Of a stretch of 64,000 nucleotides of DNA, positions 51,914-64,000 are shown in pieces. Origin of the DNA: Octopus sinensis. Taxonomy: Eukaryota. The notes beneath the pieces are model-generated. The model did no database searches. It was not told the DNA's origin and saw nothing but the letters and a program-made list of their open reading frames with translations. The translations under genes were made by a program, and so were the position numbers. Positions within the stretch are counted from its first letter, which is position 1. Every line of letters begins with the position of its first letter. Location of the stretch: contig NC_043000.1 in assembly GCF_006345805.1 (NCBI RefSeq), positions 162,130,001 through 162,194,000 of the forward strand, given 5' to 3'.

Positions 51914-54419
51914 GTACAGCTGGTCCAAATGAAGGATAAGAAAGCGTCGTGAAAAGTCGAAGATTCAAATAGTGTACATAAGGAATTATTTCTTACGTTC
52001 GTACAAATTCAGAAATCTCGGGGACAGAAAACAAATTTACTCAAATATTTGGTTATTTTAACAACCTGAAGAGGAAAGGAAAACTCGACTTCGTTAGGGT
52101 TTTGAAGCATTCCAGTACAAGTTGTATAACTTGTCTGCAGGTAGATATGATATGATGTGTGCCCGCGCGCGTGCGTGTGTATAGCGGGGGTAAGTTGCTG
52201 TATTGAACCTTATATCTTTCCATCATCAGGGATGATATAATAATGTTCTTCGTCATACCTCTTCTCTAAGATAGATGAATAGCTGCTATTCATTCTAGAA
52301 ATTATTTCCGCTAGATCGCAAGTGATAAAACAAAATGGTGAATCTGTTATAACTTTAAATCAGTCCTGCTCCGATAGATTTATATCAATAGATCTTAACC
52401 TGGGCTTTGCTCATCCCCTTCGGGATGGTGTGACCTTACAAAGTGGCGGAAAATTTCAAAGAAGTGCTATGAGGGATACTCAATGTTTAGAGGGCTCCTG
52501 ATTTTTCTTAAAGCTAAAATATTTAAACTAGATTTTAAGCAAATTAAGCAAATTAACAAAAATTTATTAGAATACGAGTATGCAACTGTATTATTAGTGA
52601 GCGAAACATGGCTGATAAACTCTGCATAAAATTAGTTTATGTCTGATAAATATATATTTTATTATTCTGCGACGGGAGCGTTTGTACAACCCCTTTGAGT
52701 GAAAAGGAACACTGAGCTGCAATTGGCTGAGTATCGCTGAGCCAGCTTAATGTTACTTAGTAAAAATATAATCAAATGCATTTCGGCTGCAAAACTTGCT
52801 TTTCTCTTTCCCTGCAGAATATATATGAAACTGCCTTATCCAATGTCTGGCCTTTAAGACGCTATGGTATGACGCGTGGGGAAATTTGGTTGTTAGTTTT
52901 AGCAGGTCGAGCGACCATGTAGAGTCTTTCAAAAAGATGTAAATGAGATATTCTTTTCTCTTATATGATCACATCTTGTAAACGAATGAAGCCTCAATTA
53001 AATGGATAGAGTAAAACAGTTACTACGGAGGAGGCGAAATAGATTAAAATAAAATTCCGAACGAGGAAGTGTCCCAGGTGGTCTCGTGACTTACTAGAAA
53101 TAGTAGTCACATATATGAAATCAAATATTACAATCTTTAAAAAAAGCGGAAGTATCGGACAATGTTAATTCTAAATACCCTATTTCTGAAAACTAAGTAT
53201 TCGGATAGGCTATGGTTATCGCATATTTAATCATGGGTCTGTTAGATCGCGGCAAACTTTGGGGATTAATATTAAGGTACAAGTAACCATCCTAAGCAAG
53301 GTAAATAGCACCCCGAAGTCTTTAATAAAGGATATACATTGGATAGTGTCTGAATAAAATACAGGACGGTCATAGCTACAGCAACAGCTTTTGGGAAAGG
53401 TCTACTCGATCGCTAGCTAAACAACAGTACTTTAACTTAGCTACTGAGAAAAGCAGGACCCCTTGAAGAGTGGCTAAGAAGATTTTAAAATAAAGTAGGT
53501 GGGGGGCAGACAAATTGATAGTCTTACTTTTAAACTTATCGGCCACCTTGATGAGGAAAAAATGTGTACAGACTATTTTGTACCAAAAAATTTATTTTAT
53601 TTTTTTTTTGTAGGTTTGCGCTAGGCTGAAGACTAATGAATTTAATAAAGGGGGACATAATGAAGATGTTGCAAATTATGCTCCTAATTCAATTCAGGTC
53701 ATTAGTGATAACAATTTATTTCGAGATTTGTGACCGGTTTATCGAGTCGCTTAATAATTGTAACAATTTTCCTTTGCTGTCTTAATAATGATTTCAAACA
53801 CACTTTTAATTGTACTGGACAGTTGCTACTACTTATTACAAGTGGATCTAAAAGGAAAAGTTGAATCCACTGGGGTTAGGATACAAAAAGGAAGATAGAA
53901 TGATCTAGTACATAGAAATAAAGTGAGATTAGAGGCTTTATAACATTTTAATAATGATTTTTCTTGACTAAAGACATGGCCAGTTTTATAGTTGCAAACG
54001 CATTTGATTTGATACATCGCAGCATATTGCTAGAATTTATTTAAATGGACTTTTATGTAGGGAGCGCTTTGTGGGACGTAATTAAATATTACAAGCCATT
54101 TAATCTGACGATGTAGCGTTTCTGCCAATTTCCATCCAGCAATAAGACTACAATTGCGTGACTATAGCAACAAGAAATATGAACGGTGAAATGGGAATGG
54201 CAATCTATATCAGAAGATAAACGTGTGGATATTACAAATTGGAAGTAACAACAATTGAATCTAAGTGAAAAGGAAGAGAAAATTCCATTATGGAAGACAG
54301 GAAATAGTTCTTGTAACAAGAAAGAACATCGTAGGGAATAAGCATGATAATTTTTACTGATTGGCCTAAATTTGTGATGTCAATGTTATTATGGACCAAT
54401 GAAAAGAAAATCAGTGATA

Positions 54420-54560
54420 GTGACTCATAGGAAAACTTTCCCCTGCAGCTAACAAACGAGATGACAATTGAGAAATCCCTTATTTGTAATTCAGATGCGG
54501 TATATTCATTGTAGCCTACCTCTCTCCAGAACTCCCTTGGGGAAGGGATGTTTTTGTTCA
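54420..54560 (-). pseudogene. Possible degraded hAT transposase dimerisation-domain remnant
   Basis: PREFWREVGYNEY...ISFVSCRGKFS loosely matches the hAT motif P..FW....YP.L...P.TS.SCER.FS. Confidence 0.25.
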
Positions 54561-56322
54561 TTCAGAACTGAGTGAGAGAGATGGTGGAAGAAGGAAAAAA
54601 AAAAAACAAGGAAAAAGGTAATGTAACAAACTAAAATAATAATGCTGTTATTACCGGGCTCAATTTAGTGTTAAAGTTGAATGAGCCAATTAAATAAGTC
54701 TTATACAAGAGCAAAATAAAGAGTAAATAAAATAAAATACATCACTTGTCACAATGGCGATGTTATATGAACAATAAAATGTACTGTAATTGTTGTATTC
54801 AGCAAAAAAGAATTACTATAGAAATGAATCGTTCTTTATGCATGATGTAATTTTATTATGTATTGACGAAGCAAATTACACAAGGGATGTCAAATTAAGT
54901 GACCATAACATTGTTGCATTCATGCATTTTTAATTTGAAATGACGACACAAATGGATAACAGATTTATTTAGTTTTTCTCCCCCAACCATGCTTGCTACT
55001 AAGTCGCACAGTATCCTTACTGAGAGAACATTGTAGTAATGGTTTCACAAAAAGGAATGTCAATGCTTTTATTTTTACAACCCTGATGTGTTTGGATATC
55101 AAAATACGTGTTCAAACTGTATTTTTTTTTTCAGATTTCCTTTTTGTTGTTACATAACAGAGTGGAGACAATTCTCTGCGATTCATGTAAAACAAATATA
55201 TTTTAATACTTTACGAACTATTTGGCAATCAATACTATTCTATTATTAAATCAAAATAGTTGAAAGTATACTTTGTACATCTCGATTGTAAACGAGGGCA
55301 CGAACACATTGGAAATAAATGGAAATAAATATAAAACGGATGCAGGTTTTATTGAAATACAATTTCAAAGAATAGACTAGTGGTTTAACTTTTTACATAA
55401 ACGTATCACAATTTATAACATCACACAAGTTATATATATATATACACACGCACACACACACGTTAATGGAACTACAAAGGAACTGCAAATTTAAATATAC
55501 CGAGTGAACAGAACTCCTAAATAGATCTATCTCCGGCAGAAGTCAATTTGTGTTTCACCCTGCAAAAGCTCGCTTTAAACATTTTATCTACTATTTAAAC
55601 CTTAGTGCCTTGCTTGGAACTGACAGCGTATTCCTGTTTCCCATTAATACATTAACTGTATTAGCTTCAAACAATTACCTCTCTCCACAGATATTTGTTA
55701 AGGGGCTGAAAAGACTATGAAAATTGACATTCTTGGCATTTAGTTGTAGCTTTTTCGTTTACATTCGGAGGTCATAATTCCTTAAAGTTCCGCGGTGCTA
55801 TTTTAAAATTATAGCAATCTGATATCTCTTGAACGGATCATATTAGGTAACAGACACTTCGAAGTGGTCAGTACTACGTCAGTTTAAAATCAGCTACATA
55901 AATGTGTTTTCAGAGAAATAACAGATATAAAAATCTTCTTGGTATGCACTCCTTGCTAAGAACTGAAATATGTCGAGAAAAAAATATATTTAGAAAAATT
56001 CTTCCCATCCCAGTCTTTTGTTTCAATAAAAATAACTGCTAAAATATATATGCATGCACCATATCTTTTCCAAAAATCAACTAAGCGTTTTTTCCTATCA
56101 CAGGCCGATTAACACTAGATTTCCACTAATTACCTAATTATATACTCTCGTCAATTACATCAATAAACCTCTAAAAATATTCACTAGTTGAAACCATGTC
56201 AAAAGGATTGTTATTAACACGCTTAACAAGAAAAGTTAGCAATCGTTTGGGAAAAACTTTGCTGTTTATTTGGTTGCTAATCGAAAGCATTCAGATTTCT
56301 TTCTGAGGATTTCTGCGTGTGT

Positions 56323-56364
<42 letters not shown>

Positions 56365-56365
<1 letters not shown>

Positions 56366-56634
56366 CCTTCTCGAGCCACGCCTGGCTCATAGCGCCGGTT
56401 TCCTTGGCGTATACGTTCCCGGTATAGGGACGCCGGTCCGTCGCAGGTGAGCTGCAAGATGCAGGAGGAAAGAGTGAGAGAAAGTTGTGGCAAAAGAGTC
56501 AGCAGAAGTTCGCCATTACCTTTTGCCGGAGCCGTGTGGAGCTTAGGTGTTTCGCTCATAAACACACACACATCGCCCGGTCTGAGATTCGAACCCCTCG
56601 ACCGCGAGTCCGCTGCTCTAGGCCATGTGCCTCC
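56365..56634 (-). mobile_element. SINE family C
   Basis: Reverse complement closely matches 21446-21735. Sits between GT repeats. Confidence 0.88.
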
Positions 56635-57713
56635 TCATCTGTGTGTGTGTGTGAGAGAGAGAGAGGGAGGAGAGTTTTGAGTTTAAGCTAAAGCTTCAAT
56701 CGTCGTTCTCATTAGTTAACCGTAATACGTCATTTCAGTCATCTCAAAAGAGTGACTTTGAGGCCATAAAGCAAATAGCTTAGCCAACTGTTTTGTTAAG
56801 TGCATTATGAGAAAAATAAATAAATAAAAGCAAGAAAATGAACCAAACTACCCAACCAAAAGGTTTAACTGATTGCTTTCAGCATCACTTGTAGAATAAG
56901 CAAGATTTTTGATATGATTGATTTCATCCACAGAAGTGCCTGACAACAACTTTGAACAGCTTGATTTTAATAGTGATATATATGGTGATAAAGAGAGAGA
57001 GAATCGTGGAGAGGGGAGATCAAGACGAGCAAATGCTTGAATGAGAGTGATATCACGAGGACGCAGTGAAGCATATAAAGTACAAGCAACTTCAATAGCA
57101 AATTCCATTTCTATATTTCTTCGGAAAAAGTATTTTATAAATTCTGATAAACTATTTCAACAATAAATGTTGCCGTATTCCTAGTTCATTGTACAACATT
57201 TCTGAAACTATAATTTAGGTTTAATTCCGGTTTTAAACTGATTATATACTCCCTTCTTTATCTGAGAGATGTATTCGACTCTAACAATTGTGATTTGAGT
57301 CAAGAATAGAGCCTCCTCATGAGCATCATACGGGAGAAATGGCAACCGAAACTCCTAAGGAAGCCCTATATTCTTTAAAAAGGAAAACAGGCCTAGTTGT
57401 GTACTTCAAATAAGTAGTGGTTACAATTGTCTGCTTGGTCAGAGTTTACCTGGTGTTAAACAACAAACACCTAATGATTTCTCTTGCAAATTGGGCTAAA
57501 CTTACTTTATAAGAGACAGATATTACCAAAGATTAAAACCAGTTTCCAAATATTTGGGAATTGAATCGGTGGGTACCGAGATCTAGGTTACAACTTCGGT
57601 TATTTTGAATGAGGATTTTGCTTATGTGAAGTCCAACCCGTTTCCTTTCTCGACCGGAAGAAGAATACATCGAAGCAGAGAGTTTCAACACTCAAAGTTC
57701 CAGACAAATATTA

Positions 57714-58409
57714 TTTTCTACTCTAGGCACAAGGCTCGAAATTTTGGGGGAGGGGACCAGTTGATTAGATCGACTCCAGTACACCACTGGTATTTAATTT
57801 ATCAAAGAGTTTCAACACTCAAACAGACGTTAATCACAGTTCCAGACAAATATTGCCTGGTTCACTTTGGTTCACTTCCTCTTTTTTCTAGATCGAGTAT
57901 GGCAGATCGAGCTGGCAGCAACGTTAGAACGCCGGGCGAAATGCGTAGCCGTATTTCGTCTGCCGTTACGTTCTGAGTTCAAATTCAGTCGAGGTCGACT
58001 TTGCCTTTCATCCTTTCGGGGTCGATAAATTAACTACCAGTTACGCACTGGGGTCGATATAATCGACATAATCCCTTTGTCTGTCCTTGTTTGTCCCCTC
58101 TATGTGGGCAGTAAAGAAATAAATACATAGGTGTGCATGTATTGAGTACATAATTATTCATTTCCTAAATTTAAAAACAAAATTTGTTTTGAAACTCGAT
58201 GTGGGTGTCGGGTCTCCTGAATGCATTTTAGAATAACTCGTAGGTTTTTGTTCACTTGTTTTTTTTTTTGTTTTTTTTCTTAACATCTTTCTCTGTCCTT
58301 GTCTGTCCTTGTCTATCCTCTCTGTGTTTAAGCCCCTTGAAGGTAGTAAAGAAATAGGTATTTAATTTATCGACCCGAAAGGATGAAAGGCAAAGTCGAG
58401 CTCGGCGGT
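57714..58409. mobile_element. Nested chimeric insertion: 5'-truncated minus-strand SINE A interrupted by a plus-strand chimeric insert (57804-58356)
   Basis: Outer TSD TTCCAGACAAATATTA (57698-57713, 58410-58425); inner TSD GGTATTTAATTTATC (57789-57803, 58357-58371). 57908-58294 is an inverted copy of 5308-5686. Confidence 0.85.
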
Positions 58410-61400
58410 TTCCAGACAAATATTACCAAAAAAAATTGTTGCTATAAAGCAGAAAAATGCAGTTTTTAGTTAAATAAGAAAATTGAAACCGATGAAGGCT
58501 TCATCTAAAAAAGGTTATACACACACACACACACACTACATACATACACACAAATTGTGACCGGGCATGTGCGTGCAAGCGTGCGTGTGTACGTGCCAGC
58601 GTGCAGGTGTCGGTCTCTTGTGTTCAGCGTATGTGTGTGTGAGAGAGAGTATGCATCGTTTTTGTGCGTGTGAGCCTTGTGTTCGATGTTTGCGAGCATG
58701 CGCATGTGCATCTGTATTGCTCAGAGAGTGCGCACGCGAGTGTGTGTATGCGTTTGACTAAATAAAGAATAATGTTAGATTCAATTTTTAAAACAGAATA
58801 GAAAATGAAAAATCAACTTTAGGCTAAGCATAAACTAAATTGAGTGAGACAAGAAAAAATGATAAAGAGTGAGTGAAACTACATCCTCGATCTAGAAAAA
58901 AGAGGAAGAGAACAAAAATTCTCCATTTAGTAGAAAGCGAATGAGAATGTGTCTGACTATATTCTTATGTTGGTAAAAGAGAATGTATGTACAATCTAAA
59001 ACTGTGTGTGTGTGTGTGTGAATGACCACACACTAACTTCAGAAAAATACAATGTGTGCGTGTGTTCTCATCATTAATAAGGCTTGATTACGTTTGAGAT
59101 GACCAAATTTGAGAATTATTTACACAGAAGAGATTATCAATTTCCTCAGAGTAGGTTGGTCAGGCTGACCGTCGTTTAAGCAGGGAGCGAATAAGCATTG
59201 CCGCATTCCCAGCAGACACGCTTTAGAATTGGATATTACATGGAATCTACAGCAAACAGAAGCAGTCTAGTGATGTAACTTGAACGTTATCTGACTTCCA
59301 ATTCCTCTCTACAAGAAATATTTTTCTCTATATCTACTTTTTTACTCTGGTATTTGACGATTTTCGTTTCGCAGTAAACAAGACGATGATTATGATGACA
59401 AATCTAAATACTGATAGCAAATCCCCGAAGATAAATACTTTCTGTATCGAAAAATCTATAATTATTAACTTACAAGATATTTATCTGCATGGTAATTCTA
59501 GACTTTAGATAACTCACAATGCAGTCGTGTGTGCATGTGTTCGCGTGTGCGTGCGCTACGCTTCGTCGTATAGTTTGATATTTTGTAGGAATAGGAAAAT
59601 ATATCAGCCACGTTGCATTTTCAGTTGAAACTATTCACGTCTGTGATGCTTTAGGCAATTACAAGAATGATATAATCTGTAGACAATGTCTGTTCAAAAT
59701 CTTAGACGTAATATCTATGTAAAAATACATTGTTTAGTCACAGATACGTTCTGATCGAATAGTATGATAGAAAGAAAGCATTGTAGCCATGAGCACCTCA
59801 TCTTAATTTTTACTCAGCCTACCCAGATCAACGTTCATGTTATTACTAATGTAGAGTTTGAATTAAACGAAAATTTAGCTTTAATTTCTAGCAAATGTAA
59901 TATATATTAGGAGAGAGATAGGGCAGTTGGTAGAATATAACATTGCTACTCTGACAGTCGAATTCAGATATCCGAAGTTCGTTTCGAAAGTTCCAAGTTT
60001 TATATGGGTCTAACTCTTCTTTGCATATTAATTCTGAATTTCCAGCCCCCAATATTGAAAGTTTATTGTTTTTCTCCCCTTATACGTAAACTAAAAAATG
60101 GAGCGACCACTTCAAACAGTTTAGAATCTTTTAAAGTTTAGTAATAGCAAAAATTATGCAACTTTACTCGAAAATTAACTTTGGTTTATTTATCACACGC
60201 ATGTCATATACACACACGTAGTCATATACTGTATCAACAATTTGACTGTAGCAAGAAGTAAAGGCCTTTGTTTGCGGAATACATTAATTTTAATACGGAA
60301 TTTTCACTACAAAATTATTTTACCGCAAAGCCTATACACGTATTTTCATGTGCATAATTCATTTAATGAATCTATTCATGACTTTTGACCTGTTTTTAAA
60401 GCGATTTTTTTTCTGTTTTAGAGGGGAAAATAGCATTAATGGCGTTATTCAGTGTTTCAAGACTAGTGGGAGGGAATTATTCTCAGAACAGAGAAGTGGC
60501 CGGAATGCTTACATGGTCCAGGTGATCCTGGTACAAAGAACAGATAAGGTTCTTACGATGAACTTCTATACAGTTTCTATGTACCAAATTTCAGTCATAT
60601 AATTTTGCTTGACCCAACACCATGATATTTTCCCAATGTGCTAAGCAATGGGATCGAACCCGAAACTATGTAATTGCTAAGAAAACTTCTTTCTTACTCA
60701 CACAGCAATATTTGAATGCAATTGCCAGCTCATTTCCAGCAAAAAAAGTGTAGTAATTAACTTGATATTTTACGTTACATCTGAGCTGATGTTAAATCCC
60801 ATAAGTTATGTGACGTTATATGACAGCGGCCAGAGAGCTGAAAAAGGCGCATTTTATATAAAATTATAAACCAGTAAGAGAGAAAACTGTCTCCATTGGT
60901 GATTTGCTCGAAGCTAGAAATATGTCAAAAACATTCCGTATTTCGAAAAGAACATTAACCAGGCCAATCTTAATGGGGCCATAAAAGAAGTGGGGTAACT
61001 ACGGAATCACAAGAACTTTTCTCTCTTTCATTGGGATAACTCATAAAATTGTTAAGTAGACAATATTTCTGTTCAAATCCCAATGGTCCTTTTGCAATAT
61101 TAAATAGTATCTAATAGGGCCATAATTCTTTGGAATATCCAGTCAACTAATTTATTCTACGAAAGGCAGACTTCAATGAAGCATCGACCGTTAAAACAAT
61201 TTTCATTTTTATTCTTCCGTTCTTTATTTTATTTTCATAAATTCTACTTGTGCTTCGATGCGTTGAAGGACGAAAATGCTTTACTTTATTTACTTGTTAA
61301 AACTTTAAATGCCTGTGGAGGAGAAACATCATCTATCCTTCATCGTTTTTATCTTATCTTATTTTCATCATCCATTATCATCTTGATCTGTCTCAGTCTT

Positions 61401-62704
61401 TGAAATCTTACATTCTGGTATTATATGCCCATTGGGTGAAATGGTTTACAACTATGTCAGTTGTCTAAATCATTTGATCCTGTTCTTTTGCATATTAGCA
61501 TTGAGTCAAACAATCTTTCACATATCCTTTTAATCATTCCTGAACCTCATGTGCATTTTACGAGAACGGGCTGCTAGGTCCATAGTCAACTAACTTGGTA
61601 GAAAGCCAATCCTATGTTAGCCCTTTTCTTTCAAACCAAGGAAATATATGTGAATTTTATTTCACTGTCGATGGTTAGAATTTGAATTATCCCACCAAAA
61701 TGGGGGTAAGTTAAGGTCGTTGACATTAAGTTTCTTGATCATAGGAAGCCATGCAGCATGATTCACAACAGATCTTGATAAGGCATTATTAATGTCAACA
61801 CAAACATGTTTGTGGCTTTAGAGTTAATTTATGTTAATAAAGTTTCAAGAAATAAGTTATTAAAAACTAGATTTTAAATATATATTCTTAAAGGAGTTAT
61901 TTCGTATTAAATTTGAAAAGAGCAATTTAAAAAAAATAATGTCCTCTTTTTTTATACGTGGCAGTTCCTTTTTTAAAAGGCCCTGATTGTTGGTATAACA
62001 CCAGCACATGACCATTGGGTTCCTTTATTGGAGTTCATACAGTGGAAAACATTCAGACTAGTTTTCAAAAAGAGAAATTAATAGCTCGATGCGTTGTTTC
62101 CTATGTCAGAAATGTTTGAGTTTTGGTTTCTTCCCCACTTTCCCCCTACACAAGACTGAGGTCCCGAAAAAAATAATAATGGGCGCTGCACTTATTCCCA
62201 CTAACCCAAGAAAAATTGGAATGATTATAATGTATATTGATTCCCAATATATCAAAAGTCTTTGCTTGACTACTCCTGTAGGATTTGAACTGAGAACATT
62301 CTCCGAATTTTATTTGTCAGTACTATCACTGATTTTTAAGACACGATACGCTTAGTGTAATCAATATGAGGAAAGAAAGCATAACTGGAAAGATCAAAGT
62401 AAACAATTACAAGGAAAAATTGAAAAGTATCTGACCGTGCCAGAGTTTTTAAAAGCTGCTCGAGAGATCAAGAGACATCGTAAATGAAACCCAGAAACCA
62501 GAGTTACAGGAAACATTTCCTCTATTGCATTCCTTCCTTTCATTATTAAGGATCTCCGTTCACAGATCCTTAATAACGAAAAGATATGTCATCATTATAG
62601 TTTGCAAAAAATCAGTTGATATAAGCAATCTTGAATGTAATTGTAAATAATCTAACAATTATCTGTTATTTATAACATTAAGTACAATTGATATAATACG
62701 CAGA

Positions 62705-62870
62705 GAGATACAGTCAATTACATCACCTCAGTACTTGATTAATTCTTGTTTTATTGACCCCGGATGTATGGAAGTTAAAAATCTATCTCGACTGAATTTG
62801 GACTAAAACTTTAAAGAAACGTAGCTAAATAAGACCACGCATTTAGTCCGGCAGTATGGATTCCGTTGTT
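62705..62870 (-). mobile_element. Degraded SINE family A
   Basis: ATTACATCACCTCAGTAC...TTTATTGACCCCGGATG...GAATTTGGACT. Confidence 0.55.
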
Positions 62871-64000
62871 TATCGATCGGTTATAATAAAGGTACTGATA
62901 AATTACTATTAGATACAATGTCTCAATTTAAAGAAGCAAAATTGGATATGCGATATTAATGTATTTAAAAAAAGAGCAGAAGGATAATTGATAAAGCCCG
63001 GTATGTACTGAACAGAGATAGCATAGAGGATGGTATATTAATATTAAATATGCGAGGATTCAACCGGTTAGCGTCAACACGGTCAATCGAATTGCAAGAA
63101 ATAGTTAAATGGCCCTTAAATTGTAACCTAATGTTAAAACAACAACAAAAGCACTGTAAATCTAGTTACACATTTCTGGGGTGGGAGGTGGGGCAGATGG
63201 CCATGACTTATGTTTGGAGAATCATAGAAGTGCTTGTTCTGTGTAGTCTTGGGGCTAAACATATGGTATCACAATTACTTTACATCAAAACCAAGTGTTT
63301 CAATTTCATATAAAAATTAATGTTAGTATATCGTGCTAGTAAATCGTCAAGTAATTAAGTTACGCTGAAGAATCGGGGATCGGGTAATTCTCTAAATCCT
63401 TACAAATTGAAACAAATACGTAAGCTCTTTCGAAAAAAAAAATGCCCATAATATTTTATAAAGATTGTTTTTCTTTTATTTTTGTTGAAGGGCACTGTTC
63501 TGTTTGTTTTTGGTAGCACACGGAATTATAGTTAAAATGTATGAAGGAGCAGAGAGAAAGAGGGAGGGAGGAAGTAAGAAACCTTAAAAAGAAAAACAAG
63601 GTATAATGAATAGGAAAGGAAGACGGAAAGAAGTTAATCAAGTACCAAAGAAAATGAGAGAGAAACAGACAGACAGACAGAAAGAGACCACGTGCCATGT
63701 GAGAAACTTAACGTTAATACTCGACAACTATTTTCAAAGACATCAAAAGAGCCAGAAATAGAATATGTGCGCGCGCGAAAACACACACGCGCACACACAG
63801 CTGTGCATAGAGACAGACACAGTTCACTCAATATTTATCGCGGTTAGTGGCCGACAGCTAAAAACCTTCAATCGACTGATGAGCACTTAGTAATGCAGTA
63901 GAAACCCCACTTTCATTCCCAGCCACTCTCCATCCAGCCTCGCAAGTAATATACCCGTTTACCTAATCACCTACCACTCGACTAGAAATGTTAATTCCAT

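Noticed and set aside
51520-51968. Minus-strand ORFs (MGGLSRLLLLG..., prohormone-like KR/RRRR) and structured-RNA candidates (RNase MRP, telomerase RNA, miR-133, antizyme frameshift)
   Set aside because: Required conserved motifs are missing, and the TSD, tail and RTE-like remnants on the + strand explain the GC-rich block better.
53620-53830. Possible Tc1/mariner C-terminal remnant (DLN*I)
   Set aside because: Too degraded to support; the same applies to faint hAT- or Helitron-like ends near 7825, 8076, 14420 and 52400 and an RTE-like trace near 39450.

Overview
AT-rich, repeat-dense eukaryotic DNA with no intact protein-coding gene that I can support. Nearly all ORFs in the track come from microsatellites, purine tracts or SINEs. 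The tRNA-headed SINE families (Nin/Deu-like, V-like and CORE-like central domains), RTE and Penelope-like remnants, and abundant (TA)n/(CA)n/(GA)n repeats point to an octopus (coleoid cephalopod) intergenic or intronic region; this is inferred from repeat content. The most notable structure is a nested chimeric retroposition at 57.7-58.4 kb. It carries an inverted copy of a SINE plus about 170 bp of its unique 3' flank from 5.3-5.7 kb (52 kb away), together with short locally templated patches. Other observations: two SINE-into-SINE insertions at the same internal site, a minimal Penelope-type hammerhead ribozyme (8.45 kb), a possible circularly permuted (type II-like) hammerhead (1.4 kb), a pre-miRNA-like hairpin (36.1 kb), a near-perfect 200-bp palindrome (22.5 kb), and a TSD-flanked RTE fragment framed by canonical splice sites (51.5 kb). 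All calls were made by eye and family names are tentative.
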